This document shows, one piece after another, positions 29,690 through 40,623 of a DNA stretch of 64,000 nt. Position numbers and translations under genes: made by a program. Each line of letters starts with the position of its first letter. The stretch's first letter is position 1. The notes below the pieces were generated by a model, which saw only the letters and a list, made by a program, of their open reading frames with translations, made no database searches and was not told where the DNA came from. Source of the DNA: an uncultured Nitrospiraceae bacterium (GTDB taxonomy: Bacteria > Nitrospirota > Nitrospiria > Nitrospirales > Nitrospiraceae); assembly GCA_963730935.1 (NCBI GenBank), contig CAVSTP010000002.1, positions 832,001 to 896,000 on the forward strand, read 5' to 3'.

Positions 29690-31387
29690 TCATCCGTTGT
29701 TCGGTGCTCTGGAGGCCAGCAAGGGTTGGAAGATCGGATCGGCGTCAAGGACGGATTTCAATGAGTCCGCTCCGATGAAGAAGTCCCAAATCTGCTGGTT
29801 GTTCCCCGGCACCTCGCCGAACCATCGTTTGGCTTCCGTGAGGCGCTGGAGAATGACGCCATTATCCCGGTTCGGAGTGAACAGCAGGCTGTACGCCTTC
29901 GTATACTCGGCGATGAACTTGTCGAGAGGAATTTCTGCAAAGGTGCCGGCTTGGTCGGCGTCTTGATAGGCGGCACGGACGTCTTTGTCGTCAAGGTTGC
30001 GGTTCCAGGCGACCTTGTTGATGCGCGACCAGGCCAACTGTAAGAGGGCCTCGGCTTTGGCGGTTTTGCGCTCGGACGGCACGTCTTTGACCAATTGCTC
30101 GTGCACTTCGATGGAAAGATCCTGATCGAGATTCCAGCGGAGCGCGACTCCCCACCGGAAACGATTGTCGAGCTGTTGGGGGCGGACCTGCGCCAGTGTG
30201 CGCAGCGCGGGAAGCAGGCGATACAGGTAATCGGCCGTCGTCGGCTGTTCCAACCCTCCCATCTCCATGGCCAGCGAAAGATCCAGCCGTTCCCCTTGCG
30301 CATACACATTCCAATACTGCTCGTTGACCGCCATCGCCAATGCCGGATCCTTCACGTTGAGCTTGTGCGCCTGCACCGCCTCGCGCAGAATCGCGGCATA
30401 GAGATCCCTGGTCAGGACCGTCAAGGCTTCCGCTTGGTTCGGATCGATGATCAACACGCGATTCAGCATGGCGACCCGATCACGCAAACTCGGAAAGCCG
30501 GCGGCTCGGGCGGCAGAGGCGATCAGCAATCCGGGCGCGTCTTCGGGACCCCACCACACGACGGAGCCAGTGATTGCCTTACTGAATTCGGTCACAAAGG
30601 GGATGATTTCCTGGGGGATACCATCGACCGGAGTCCCGTCGTTCACCAAGAGGTTGACCACCGCCGAATCGCTCGGAAATCCATGTTTCTTGAGGCCGGA
30701 CAGCACGACCCATTGCGTGTTGAGGCTTTTCACAGCCCGTCGTGCCGGTTTCACCGTGTTGGTCCATTTGTAACTGCCAGGCGCTTTCGTGATGGGCGCG
30801 GTCAGCGGATCCTGATAGGCGACGTTGAGGATGACCAGCGTCGCCGGCACTGAGACTAGCGGGGCCTGCGGGCGCACGCGGAAGGACGCATTCGGCAACG
30901 GCGTCGTCGAGACCGCGGTCAGGTGAAGACCGCTGCCGGGAGGCGACAAGCCGATGGCATCCATCACAAAGGCGGATGCCGGATAGTGGTCGAGATCATC
31001 ACGGAAAAAGGGTAAAGCACCGTTGGAGGGCCAGAGCACATCCATCCCGCCGTCTACTCGAGCCAGGGCCGGTTCATGCGCCGCTTTGAGTCCTTGCACA
31101 CACGTATCAGAGGAGGCATCAGACGGTGCAGGAGAGGCCGCATGTGGCTGTTTGGCGACCAGGAGTCGGTACTGGCACGCGAAGTCGAGATTGGCGGTCT
31201 TAATCGGGTCGCCCTTTGAGATTGCTTCTGCGTACTGCAAAGCCACGGATGCGGCCGGCGACAGGCCTTTGGACTTTTTCTTCGAAGAAGACGCCGCATC
31301 GACAGGCGTAATTGTGAACACGAGACATGCAGCGACAAGCCCTGTGAGGACCGAACCAGGTCGTGCAATACCATTGAGCCTGATCAT
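29690..31387 (-). CDS. Exported hypothetical protein with helical (TPR-like) C-terminal half
   Basis: AAGGAG RBS before ATG 31387; signal peptide; long clean ORF. Confidence 0.7.
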   Translation of the reverse strand: MIRLNGIARPGSVLTGLVAACLVFTITPVDAASSSKKKSKGLSPAASVALQYAEAISKGDPIKTANLDFACQYRLLVAKQPHAASPAPSDASSDTCVQGLKAAHEPALARVDGGMDVLWPSNGALPFFRDDLDHYPASAFVMDAIGLSPPGSGLHLTAVSTTPLPNASFRVRPQAPLVSVPATLVILNVAYQDPLTAPITKAPGSYKWTNTVKPARRAVKSLNTQWVVLSGLKKHGFPSDSAVVNLLVNDGTPVDGIPQEIIPFVTEFSKAITGSVVWWGPEDAPGLLIASAARAAGFPSLRDRVAMLNRVLIIDPNQAEALTVLTRDLYAAILREAVQAHKLNVKDPALAMAVNEQYWNVYAQGERLDLSLAMEMGGLEQPTTADYLYRLLPALRTLAQVRPQQLDNRFRWGVALRWNLDQDLSIEVHEQLVKDVPSERKTAKAEALLQLAWSRINKVAWNRNLDDKDVRAAYQDADQAGTFAEIPLDKFIAEYTKAYSLLFTPNRDNGVILQRLTEAKRWFGEVPGNNQQIWDFFIGADSLKSVLDADPIFQPLLASRAPNNG

Positions 31388-31482
31388 GAGCAATTCACTC
31401 CTTGAATCGAGATAAGAGATAAAGACAGGTACTGTACCACGCGGATTTTCCGGTGCGAAAGGGGCGCCAGGTCCCCGGTCAA

Positions 31483-31878
31483 TTACGGCTGCGGGGGACC
31501 CGGCGTGGCCGAGCGGGTAAATTTGACCAGAGAGCGGATATAGGCCAGAACAGCGACCTGGTCTTCGGGGGACAGCCGGTCCTCCCACCCCGCCATCGCG
31601 GTGCGGGATCGTCCTTTCGCAATGATCTTGAGAAGTTCCTGGTCAGATTTCGCTGATGTCTGGGCGGAAATCAGATTGCCGGGTCGCGGTGACAAGGACG
31701 TGGCCTGTTGGCCGTCGCCTTTACCCTCTGCTCCATGGCAGTCGGCGCAATGTCGTTGGTAAAGCACGCGTCCTTGCTCGAGGTCCGAAGGAGACATGGC
31801 AGCCGATGCAGAGCCGATGCTGTTGAGGAGCGATCCCAGCACGCCGAGTCCCGCTGCGATCGCAATCTGCCGCCTCAC
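31483..31878 (-). CDS. Monoheme class I cytochrome c
   Basis: Signal peptide, CADCH, distal Met in TAMAGW. Confidence 0.88.
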   Translation of the reverse strand: MRRQIAIAAGLGVLGSLLNSIGSASAAMSPSDLEQGRVLYQRHCADCHGAEGKGDGQQATSLSPRPGNLISAQTSAKSDQELLKIIAKGRSRTAMAGWEDRLSPEDQVAVLAYIRSLVKFTRSATPGPPQP

Positions 31879-32150
31879 GCACGCGCCTCCGGCTTCCAGG
31901 CTCGGAGAATCTCCTGCCGGAGCCGCGCACGGTCATACGCCGAAAGCGGCGGGGGCTCATGCTGCCGGCACAACTTCACGGTATCGCGCAGCGAGGCGAT
32001 GAACACTTCGCAGCTCGGACAGGCGCCAAGATGCCGGCGAAACTCGGCGCAAATATCTTCGGGCAGCTCGTCATCGATGTAGGCAGACAATTGGCGAAGA
32101 ATGTCCAGGCACCGCCGTTCATCGTGCTCGTGCGCTTTTTTTCTGCTCAT
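31875..32150 (-). CDS. Zinc-finger (zf-HC2/ZAS) anti-sigma factor, soluble
   Basis: LSAYIDDEL...HLGACPSC; overlaps the sigma stop. Confidence 0.88.
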   Translation of the reverse strand: MSRKKAHEHDERRCLDILRQLSAYIDDELPEDICAEFRRHLGACPSCEVFIASLRDTVKLCRQHEPPPLSAYDRARLRQEILRAWKPEARA

Positions 32151-32764
32151 GACCCGGTCTCCCTCGGTCGCCAGCCTGCGTGCGAATGACGATCGTCTTG
32201 CGCCATCCCGCGCGCGCTCAACTCGCGTCTGACGAACAGTCGCGCCCGATGAAGTCTCGATTTCACCGCTCGCTCGCTCAATCCCATGATGGCACTTGCT
32301 TCTCCCGCAGACAGACCTTCCATATCTCTCAGCACCAGCGCCATACGGTATTTCTTGGGCAGTTTGTTGATGGCCTGTTCGAGCGCCTGGCGCAGTTCCT
32401 TGTTCTCGAGCGCCTGCTGGGGCGACAACCCGTCGATCGGAATCTGTAGGCGAAACTCACCCTCTGAATTGGGGACAAACTCATCGAGTGAAAGCTCACG
32501 TTCAGGCGCTCCTTTGCGCTTTCGGCGCATGCGCAGGCACGCACGGGAGGCGATGGTGTAGAGCCATGTGGAAATCTTGGCATCGCCGCGAAACTGTCGG
32601 TGCCCTCGATAGGCATTTAAAAACGTTTCTTGAACTAAGTCCTTTGCCGCCTCAGGTTCGCCGCACAGCCGATGTGCATAGCGGTACACTAGATCGACAT
32701 GCTCTCGGTACAGCTTATCAAACACTTCAGGGGATTGTGGAGGACGAGGAGCGGGGCGTGCCAT
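32147..32764 (-). CDS. ECF sigma-70 factor
   Basis: AKDLVQETFL, FRGDAKISTWLY, AVKSRLHRAR. Confidence 0.93.
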   Translation of the reverse strand: MARPAPRPPQSPEVFDKLYREHVDLVYRYAHRLCGEPEAAKDLVQETFLNAYRGHRQFRGDAKISTWLYTIASRACLRMRRKRKGAPERELSLDEFVPNSEGEFRLQIPIDGLSPQQALENKELRQALEQAINKLPKKYRMALVLRDMEGLSAGEASAIMGLSERAVKSRLHRARLFVRRELSARGMAQDDRHSHAGWRPRETGS

Positions 32765-32816
32765 GGTCAGGCGAGTCTAGGGAGTGAAGGGCGACCCTGT
32801 CAAACTCAGACCAGCG

Positions 32817-33638
32817 TTAGGCCGCCGGCTTGGTGGCTTTGCGCACCTCGACCGTGACGCGGCCATCATCGATATGCAGGGTCAGGGATTGTCCGACTTT
32901 CACGGGAGGGATGCCGATCTTGGCGTTGGCCATCACGACGCCGACGGGGGTCCTGAAGAAGACGAAGTTGGATTTTGTCTTGGACACTGCACCGGAGAGG
33001 AGCACGTGAGCGGGCGATCCTGAAGGCGGCGCCTGACTGATCTGTAAATCAAATTGCAAATCATGAACGCCAATGATGGTTTGGGACTCATCGACTTCCA
33101 CGGTCACCTGGTCGCCTTCATGGTACGTGCCGAGCTTCGCTTCCTGCGTTCCGTAGTGTACGGTCTGTTCGCCCTCGGCGGCCCAGTAGCGCAGGGTTTT
33201 CGACGAATCCGGCCCGGGCGTCATCGGTCCGCCAAGATACCGGTGGACGAGCGACCCGTCGTTTCGGCGGCGGATCTCAACGACGAGATGGCGTTCGTGC
33301 ACCCAGAACGAGACCTCGTGCGAGGCTTTCAAATCTTTTAACGTGGTTTTCGAGCTGAGCGTCAACAGGCCGACTGGCGTTTTGAGAAAGACAATGCCGG
33401 ACTTGGTCCGCCAGACCGCGCCTTTCAGCGTAACGGAGGGATCAACTTCCACCGGTTCTGCATCGGGTGATGGTTGAGACTCCGTCTCCGGCGTTTGTGC
33501 GGGCGCAGCGGGGTCACTGGCCTGGGGCGGTTCCGCGGCTGCTCCGAGGCTGTAAAGCATTCCGACGGCGATGGCGGTTGCCAGGCAAGACCGTCGAAGC
33601 AAAGAGCGCCAGCGCGTATCTCGAGCAGGACAATTCAT
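32817..33638 (-). CDS. Exported hypothetical beta-rich protein
   Basis: Signal-like N-terminus; internal repeat SGIVFLKTPVG / SNFVFFRTPVG; start uncertain. Confidence 0.65.
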   Translation of the reverse strand: MNCPARDTRWRSLLRRSCLATAIAVGMLYSLGAAAEPPQASDPAAPAQTPETESQPSPDAEPVEVDPSVTLKGAVWRTKSGIVFLKTPVGLLTLSSKTTLKDLKASHEVSFWVHERHLVVEIRRRNDGSLVHRYLGGPMTPGPDSSKTLRYWAAEGEQTVHYGTQEAKLGTYHEGDQVTVEVDESQTIIGVHDLQFDLQISQAPPSGSPAHVLLSGAVSKTKSNFVFFRTPVGVVMANAKIGIPPVKVGQSLTLHIDDGRVTVEVRKATKPAA

Positions 33639-33749
33639 ATGAGTGGACGCAAAAAATTGTTCATGTCGGCGGGGGGCCGCCCCGCGGTCCTGGGACTTAA
33701 CCATGATGATGTGGAGGAGTCAAGCCGAAAGCCGCTTCACAGGGTCCGG

Positions 33750-35105
33750 CTACTTTTTTCTGACGAGAAGGCGCATGGGCGTACCCGAAAATCCGTAGGT
33801 CTCGCGGATTTGGTTCTCAAGGAAGCGAAGATAGGCAGCGGTGATATTCTCCGGATGGCCGACGAAGAGCGCAAAGACCGGAGGGTGGACCGCGACTTGG
33901 GTCATGAACGCGGAGGTCGTGATTTGCGCGGGCTTCCCTTTACGGGACGGCAAGGGATGAACGGCGAGAATATTCTGCAGGAACTGATTGAGTTGTCCGG
34001 TCGGGATACGGGTTGAATATGACGCGTACACCTGGTCGATCAAGGGAAACAGGCGCCGCACGGAATCGGGCTTCACCGCCGCGCCGAACAGGACCGGTGC
34101 CCAGGCCAGGAACGGGAAGCGCCGCTTGAGGTCTTTTTCAAACGTTTGCCGCGCCTGCGCTTCGCCTTGGCGCAGATCCCATTTGTTCACCAACAGGATG
34201 CAGGCGCGGCCCTGCCGAATCACAATGCCGGCGATCTTGGTGTCTTGCTCGGTGATCCCTTCCTGCGCGTCGAGCAGGAGCACGGCCACATCCGATCGCC
34301 CGATTGCCCGCAGCGAACGCGCCACACTGTAGCCTTCAATCCCGCGATCGATTTTCCCTCTCCGCCGGATGCCGGCGGTATCCGTCAACCGATAGCGGCG
34401 CTCTTCGTAAGTTACCAGCGAGTCAATAGCATCCCTGGTCGTCCCTGGTACGTCGCTGACGACCGCCCGTTCCTCGCCCAGCACCGCATTAAGAAGCGTA
34501 GACTTGCCCACATTCGGCCGGCCGACGATCGCGATTCTGGGCATGGCGGCGGGTGCCGAAGCTTCCTCGGAGGAGGGGAGGAGAGCGTACATCGCATCGA
34601 GCAGTTCGGCCACGCCGAGGCCATGCTCAGCCGAGATGGGGTACATCTGCTCCACGCCAAGCTGATAGAAGTCCGCAACCAGCGTCTCCACCTTCGGCGT
34701 ATCAATCTTGTTGACGGCCACCAACAGGGGCTTCGTTGTCCCCCGCAATAGGCGGACGACTTCCAGGTCCTGCGGCATCACACCAGTCCGGCCGTCCATC
34801 AGCAGCACCAGGATATCGGCTTCGGCAATCGCCAGTTCAGACTGGCGTTTGATCAGGGCCATCATGCCTTCCGAGGCGGAAGGTTCCAGCCCTCCGGTAT
34901 CGACAAGCCGAAACTGCCGGTTCCGGTAATTGGCCTCCGAATAGTTCCGATCTCGTGTGACGCCAGGCACGTCGTCGACAATCGCCGTTTTCTTTCCCAG
35001 AATGCGGTTGAAGAGGGTCGATTTACCAACATTCGGCCGGCCGATGATGGCAACAGTGGGCAAGGGGGCCGAGAACTCGATAGGGAGCGTCGATGGTGTG
35101 GGCAT
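33750..35105 (-). CDS. der: Ribosome biogenesis GTPase Der (EngA)
   Basis: Two GRPNVGKS P-loops, DTGG/DTAG, NKID/NKWD. Confidence 0.97.
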   Translation of the reverse strand: MPTPSTLPIEFSAPLPTVAIIGRPNVGKSTLFNRILGKKTAIVDDVPGVTRDRNYSEANYRNRQFRLVDTGGLEPSASEGMMALIKRQSELAIAEADILVLLMDGRTGVMPQDLEVVRLLRGTTKPLLVAVNKIDTPKVETLVADFYQLGVEQMYPISAEHGLGVAELLDAMYALLPSSEEASAPAAMPRIAIVGRPNVGKSTLLNAVLGEERAVVSDVPGTTRDAIDSLVTYEERRYRLTDTAGIRRRGKIDRGIEGYSVARSLRAIGRSDVAVLLLDAQEGITEQDTKIAGIVIRQGRACILLVNKWDLRQGEAQARQTFEKDLKRRFPFLAWAPVLFGAAVKPDSVRRLFPLIDQVYASYSTRIPTGQLNQFLQNILAVHPLPSRKGKPAQITTSAFMTQVAVHPPVFALFVGHPENITAAYLRFLENQIRETYGFSGTPMRLLVRKK

Positions 35106-35202
35106 AAGATGTCGATCGAAACCGTGGGTTGGGACCGTAACATAGCGTTTTTCTCAAACACAACCTACCTCGTGTTCCGCTCGCCGCTTCGATATACTCT
35201 GC

Positions 35203-35898
35203 GTGATGAGTCAGCACCCCGCACCAGGTACTTCGTCCGTTCTCAATTGGGATCGCATCGATGATGTCCTGATCGATATGGACGGGACGTTGCTTGACCG
35301 CCACTTCGACAACTTTTTCTTCGAAGAAGAGCTGCCCCGCCGCTACGCGGTCATGCACGGGCTGTCTTTCGAAGCGTCACGTGATCGGTTGATGGCAATG
35401 TACCGGTCGGTGGAAGGGGAGCTGGCCTGGACCGACTTGGATTACTGGAGCGGCCGCGTCGGCATCGATGTGGTCGCCATGCACCGGGAATTGCAGCATC
35501 TGATCGGCTTTCTGCCGGGTGCCGAAGACTTCTTAAGAGCCGTGCGCACCAAAGGCAAGCGTCTGATCGTGCTGACGAACGCCCATGAGGCAGGTGTCGC
35601 CGTCAAATCCGCCAGAACAGGTCTTGACCGCTATGTGGATCGGATCGTCGATGCGTTTGAAGTGGGCTACCTCAAGATGAGGCCGGAATACTGGCCGGCG
35701 TGCCGCAGGTTGGTTGGATTCGATCCGAGCCGCTCTCTCTATGTTGACGACGACGAGACGTGTCTGGCTGCTGCTAGCCACTACGGCATCGCCACCATTA
35801 TCCATAGCGCGAAATCCAGCTCTCAGTTGCCTCCTGTACAGTCTTCCAAATTCGCTTCAGTCGAGCACCTGCCCGCACTGTTGAACGGCAGGCGCTGA
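35203..35898 (+). CDS. yrfG: HAD hydrolase, GMP/IMP nucleotidase YrfG-like
   Basis: WDRIDDVLIDMDGTLLDRHFDNFF, TNAH, YVDD. Confidence 0.75.
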   Translation: MMSQHPAPGTSSVLNWDRIDDVLIDMDGTLLDRHFDNFFFEEELPRRYAVMHGLSFEASRDRLMAMYRSVEGELAWTDLDYWSGRVGIDVVAMHRELQHLIGFLPGAEDFLRAVRTKGKRLIVLTNAHEAGVAVKSARTGLDRYVDRIVDAFEVGYLKMRPEYWPACRRLVGFDPSRSLYVDDDETCLAAASHYGIATIIHSAKSSSQLPPVQSSKFASVEHLPALLNGRR

Positions 35899-36083
35899 GC
35901 GTCTTCCGTTCAGCCACCGTTCCCTGACGCGGCATGCTCTTGATACATTTCACCCGCGACGAGCGACGCGCGAGAGGCTCGTGCGTGGCCAACAGTTGCC
36001 CCGATGGCCACTCCTCGTATCCTTGTTGGGGCTTTCCTGCCTGTGTTAGATTCGCTGGTTATCAAAAGCCGCTGCGTACATCC

Positions 36084-38519
36084 ATGAGCAAAACCTACGA
36101 TCATCACGCCATTGAGGTGAAGTGGCAGGCCTATTGGGAAGAACACCGCCCGTTCCGGGCGGTCGAGGATGCCACCAAGCCCAAGTTTTACTGTCTCGAC
36201 ATGTTCCCGTATCCCTCCGGCTCGGGTCTGCATGTCGGTCATCTGGAAGGGTATACGGCGACAGACATCGTGTCGCGCTACAAACGCATGAAGGGCTTTA
36301 ACGTCCTTCATCCGATGGGATGGGACGCCTTCGGGTTGCCGGCTGAACAGTATGCAGTGAAGACCGGCATCCATCCCGCCATGACGACCGCTCAGAACAT
36401 CGCGACATTTAAGCGGCAGATGAAGCGCGTCGGGCTGTCTTATGACTGGGAGCGCGAACTCAGTACGACCGACCATGACTACTACCGCTGGACACAATGG
36501 ATTTTCCTGCAACTGTTCAAACGGGGGCTGGCGTATGTGGCGGAAGTGCCGGTGAACTGGTGCCCGGCGCTGGGGACCGTTCTCGCGAATGAGGAGATCG
36601 TCGACGGGAAAAGCGAAGTCGGGGGCTTCGATGTCGTCCGTAAGCCCATGCGCCAGTGGGTGCTGAAGATCACCGCCTATGCGGACAGGTTGCTGGATGA
36701 TCTGTCGCTGGTCCAGTGGCCGACCAGCACACTGGAGATGCAGAAGAACTGGATCGGCAGGTCGATCGGCGCCGAAGTCGAATTTAGCCTTGCGGGAATC
36801 CACGGGACGATTCGAATTTTCACCACGCGACCGGATACCCTCTTCGGTGCCACCTATATGGTGTTAGCGCCGGAGCATCCGCTCGTCGACGCCGTGACCG
36901 CGCCTGCCCGGCGGGAGGCCGTGGAGGCGTACCGCCAGGCAGCCGCGCGGAAAAGCGATCTACAGCGGCAGGAATTGGAGAAAGAGAAGACAGGTGTGTT
37001 CACAGGCGGCTACGCCGTGAATCCCGTGAATGACGAGCGGCTGCCCATCTGGATCGCCGACTATGTCCTGCTGGGTTACGGCACCGGCGCGATCATGGCC
37101 GTTCCAGCGCACGATGCGCGTGACTGGGCGTTCGCTAAAACGTATTCCTTGCCGATTCGCGAGGTGATTGCGGGCGGCGATGTCGAAAAGGAAGCCTTTG
37201 TCGAGACCGAGCAAGGCACGGTGATCAACTCCACGACGCCAGACGGGCGTTTTTCCATCGACGGCCTGGCACCGGTCGATGCGATTCCGAAGATCACGGC
37301 CTGGCTCGAAACCATCCGCAAGGGCCGGAAGTCCGTCAATTACAAACTCCGCGACTGGCTGTTCGCCCGACAGCGTTACTGGGGTGAACCGTTCCCCATC
37401 GTCTGGGTCGACGGCGTGCCTAAGCCATTGCCTGAGGAGCAATTGCCGCTCGTGCTACCCGAAACCACGAATTTCACGCCGTCAGGGAATGGCGAGAGCC
37501 CGCTGGCAAACCTGGAGGATTGGCTCTCGACGACAGACCCCACCACAGGCAAACCGGCGCGTCGCGAAACGAACACCATGCCTCAATGGGCCGGGTCCTG
37601 CTGGTACTACCTCCGTTTTATCGACCCGAAAAACGCCCGCCGACTGGTCGATCCTTCCAAGGAGCAGTACTGGATGCCAGTTGATTTGTATATCGGCGGC
37701 AGCGAGCATGCCGTCCTGCACCTCTTGTATTCCCGATTCTGGCACAAGGTGCTCTACGACATCGGCGTCGTTACCACCCCGGAACCCTTCAAAAAGCTCG
37801 TGCATCAGGGCATCGTCCTCGGGGAGGATAATCAGAAGATGTCCAAGTCCCGGGGCAACGTCGTCAATCCCGATGACATGATTGACCGGTTCGGCGCGGA
37901 TGCAGTGCGGCTCTATGAGATGTTCATGGGACCGTTGGAAGCGATGAAACCCTGGAGCACGCGCGGGGTCGAAGGGGTGACCCGCTTTCTGGAACGAGTG
38001 TGGCGCCTGATGGTGAATGAAGAGGGCCGGCTATCCGCCGCGATCGTGTCCTCGGCTCCCAGTCTTGAGCACCAACGGATTCTTCATCAGACCATCAAAA
38101 AAGTGACGGAGGATATCGAACATCTCCGGTTCAACACGGCCATTTCGCAGATGATGGTCTTTACCAATGAGATGACAAAACTCGAACAACGGCCGCGGAG
38201 TTTGATCGAACCGTTTGTGCTTCTCTTATCACCCTTCGCTCCGCATATCACGGAAGAGTTGTGGGCGCTACTTGGGCATCATCCGAGCATTTCACAGCAG
38301 CCTTGGCCGGAGTTTGATCCGGCGCTGACGGTCAGCGATCGCTTGACGATTCCCGTACAGATCAACGGCAAACTGCGCGGAAGGATCGAGGTCGGCGCCA
38401 ATGCCGGACGCCAAGAGATTGAGGCCCTTGCCCGGCAGGAAGCCGGAGAATGGCTTCAAGGAAAAGAGCCGAAAAAGATCGTCTATGTGGAAAAGAAGCT
38501 GGTTAATTTTGTGGTGTGA
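36084..38519 (+). CDS. leuS: Leucine--tRNA ligase
   Basis: [29 protein letters not shown] at 36084. Confidence 0.98.
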   Translation: MSKTYDHHAIEVKWQAYWEEHRPFRAVEDATKPKFYCLDMFPYPSGSGLHVGHLEGYTATDIVSRYKRMKGFNVLHPMGWDAFGLPAEQYAVKTGIHPAMTTAQNIATFKRQMKRVGLSYDWERELSTTDHDYYRWTQWIFLQLFKRGLAYVAEVPVNWCPALGTVLANEEIVDGKSEVGGFDVVRKPMRQWVLKITAYADRLLDDLSLVQWPTSTLEMQKNWIGRSIGAEVEFSLAGIHGTIRIFTTRPDTLFGATYMVLAPEHPLVDAVTAPARREAVEAYRQAAARKSDLQRQELEKEKTGVFTGGYAVNPVNDERLPIWIADYVLLGYGTGAIMAVPAHDARDWAFAKTYSLPIREVIAGGDVEKEAFVETEQGTVINSTTPDGRFSIDGLAPVDAIPKITAWLETIRKGRKSVNYKLRDWLFARQRYWGEPFPIVWVDGVPKPLPEEQLPLVLPETTNFTPSGNGESPLANLEDWLSTTDPTTGKPARRETNTMPQWAGSCWYYLRFIDPKNARRLVDPSKEQYWMPVDLYIGGSEHAVLHLLYSRFWHKVLYDIGVVTTPEPFKKLVHQGIVLGEDNQKMSKSRGNVVNPDDMIDRFGADAVRLYEMFMGPLEAMKPWSTRGVEGVTRFLERVWRLMVNEEGRLSAAIVSSAPSLEHQRILHQTIKKVTEDIEHLRFNTAISQMMVFTNEMTKLEQRPRSLIEPFVLLLSPFAPHITEELWALLGHHPSISQQPWPEFDPALTVSDRLTIPVQINGKLRGRIEVGANAGRQEIEALARQEAGEWLQGKEPKKIVYVEKKLVNFVV

Positions 38520-38528
38520 CACCAAGAA

Positions 38529-39167
38529 ATGAGCTTACACATCGGCAATCATCAGTGGAGTTTCACAAGGCAATGGTTCTGCTCGTTCCTGTGTTTCTTG
38601 TTGTCCCTCTCGGCCGGCTGCGGGTACCAGTTTCGCGTGGAAGGCCCTGGTCCCACGATCGGAGGTACCACCTCGGAAGCTTCATCGGTTCCTCCTCCAC
38701 GCGTGGTAATCCGCACATTGCGGAATGCCACATTCGAACCCAATCTGGAGACGCGGTACACCAATTACCTCCGGCACGAGTTTGCGTCAGGCAGCGGTGC
38801 GCAGGTCGTTCCCGAGGGGGATGCTGCGGATCTTGTCGTATCGGGTGACATCCTCTCGGTGGTCCTCCCGACCCTGAGTTTTACCCAAACCACGACCTTG
38901 GAAAGCCGGGCCGAAGTCGTCGTCGCTGTGAGAGTCGAGGAAACTAGGACGAAACGTCTGGTGTGGTCACATCTTGCAAAGGGAGCATCGGAATTCTTTG
39001 TGACGACGGATCTGCAATTTAATCGCGTGCTGCAGAACCGGGCGTTGGAGCAAGCGGGACGATACATTGCTGAGGATCTCGCGTCGCGCTTTCTCATGCA
39101 GTTGGAATCCGGCCGCTTGACGAAACCCGTGGCCAATGCCCCGGACGCATCGGTGCAGAAGCCCTGA
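38529..39167 (+). CDS. lptE: LPS assembly lipoprotein LptE family
   Basis: Lipobox SAGC-GY; conserved leuS-lptE-holA order. Confidence 0.8.
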   Translation: MSLHIGNHQWSFTRQWFCSFLCFLLSLSAGCGYQFRVEGPGPTIGGTTSEASSVPPPRVVIRTLRNATFEPNLETRYTNYLRHEFASGSGAQVVPEGDAADLVVSGDILSVVLPTLSFTQTTTLESRAEVVVAVRVEETRTKRLVWSHLAKGASEFFVTTDLQFNRVLQNRALEQAGRYIAEDLASRFLMQLESGRLTKPVANAPDASVQKP

Positions 39168-39178
39168 AGGAACGTTCG

Positions 39179-40294
39179 ATGCCTCAGTCGATCAGCATGG
39201 CGCAGCTCGCTGCGCAGCTCAAGAAGGATGCCGTTGCTCCGCTGTACGCGTTAATCGGCGAGGAGGATCTGCTCAGAGACTCCGGACTGACGCTCATCAA
39301 GGAGGCGGTGCTTGGCGGAGACGGCAGCGACTTCAATAGCGATTTGTTCTACGGAGATGAGGCGGAGGGAAGCGCGATCGTCGCTTGCGCATCCGAGGTG
39401 GCGGTGTTTGCACCGCGTCGTCTGGTGGTTGTGAAAGCAGCGGATAAGCTCCCCGCGAAACACGTCGAAGCCTTACTCCCCTACCTCAAAGCTCCCAACG
39501 AGTCCACGACGATGGTGTTCGCTGCGGCGAAGCTGGATGGGCGGCTGAAATTCACACAGCTACTCACACAGACGGCCATTGTCGTCGATTGTGCCCCTCC
39601 CAGGGACTCGCAGGTGATGCCCTGGCTCAAGCAGGAGGCGGACCGACTCGGAATCCGGCTCGACGAAGAGGCGCTGCACCTGCTCAGGGAGGCTTGTGGC
39701 GGGTCGCTGTATGCGGTCAGGCATGAAATGGAAAAGTTGGCTTCGTATGTCCCCGAGGGTCGCGCCGTGTCCGGGGCCGATGTCGCAGCGTTACGAGGCA
39801 CTCAGCCGGGCGCATCGGTGTTTGATTTGGCTGCCGCGATCGGCGGTCGTCGGCGCGGTGCGGCGCTGGCCATTCTAGCGCGCAATCTTGAGGCCGGGGA
39901 GGCGCCATTGCGCATCCTCGGGTCTCTGGCGTGGCAATACCGCCGCCTCTGGAAGGTCAAAGATCTGTTGAAGCAGGCAGGACGTGAAGGTGAGGCTTCC
40001 AGATTGTTGCGGATGGATCCCTCCCAGATCCGACCCTTTCTCGGACAGTTTGCAGAATCACACTTGCGCGATGCCCTCGGACGGATCCTCGTCACCGACG
40101 GGAAACTCAAGGGTGGAAGCGGGGCGAGGCCGGAGATGCTGCTCGATCGACTTGTCCTTGAACTCTGCGACCGACCGCAGGAAGGAGAACGGAAACCGCC
40201 CGAGACGTCAGGTGTAGCGGCGTCCCGGACGAGACCCTTGTCGAATGTGCGGACGATTAGCGGGAAGCCGCCAACGAGTTCACGTGCCGGGTGA
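39179..40294 (+). CDS. holA: DNA polymerase III delta subunit
   Basis: LYALIGEE, FAPRRLVVV, EMEKL, VFDL, DGKLKGG; synteny. Confidence 0.9.
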   Translation: MPQSISMAQLAAQLKKDAVAPLYALIGEEDLLRDSGLTLIKEAVLGGDGSDFNSDLFYGDEAEGSAIVACASEVAVFAPRRLVVVKAADKLPAKHVEALLPYLKAPNESTTMVFAAAKLDGRLKFTQLLTQTAIVVDCAPPRDSQVMPWLKQEADRLGIRLDEEALHLLREACGGSLYAVRHEMEKLASYVPEGRAVSGADVAALRGTQPGASVFDLAAAIGGRRRGAALAILARNLEAGEAPLRILGSLAWQYRRLWKVKDLLKQAGREGEASRLLRMDPSQIRPFLGQFAESHLRDALGRILVTDGKLKGGSGARPEMLLDRLVLELCDRPQEGERKPPETSGVAASRTRPLSNVRTISGKPPTSSRAG

Positions 40295-40532
40295 GTCTTG
40301 AGATGCGGCGGGACGCCGTATTGGGCTTCAAGACACCCTTGGTCACCGCCTTACTCAGCGCCGATGTGGCGATTTGTAAGGAGGTTTTGGCCTCGTCGAA
40401 CTTCTTATCGGCGATGGCGGTTTGAACCTTTTTCACCAGGCTTTTGACCGCGCTCAGCGCAGCACGGTTGCGGGCCTGGCGCTTTATTGCTTGGCGGGCG
40501 CGGCGAATCGTAGATTTGTGGATGACTGGCAT
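40257..40532 (-). CDS. rpsT: 30S ribosomal protein S20
   Basis: MPVIHKSTIRRARQ...KAVTKGVLKPNTASRRISRL; AGGAG RBS. Confidence 0.95.
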   Translation of the reverse strand: MPVIHKSTIRRARQAIKRQARNRAALSAVKSLVKKVQTAIADKKFDEAKTSLQIATSALSKAVTKGVLKPNTASRRISRLTRHVNSLAASR

Positions 40533-40623
40533 AGCAAACTCCTGTACAAAAGGAACGCATTTGTAGCATAGGGTTCTGCGGATCGTCAAGGCGAACTCTA
40601 ATGGGTGGGGGAGGAACGTTTCA

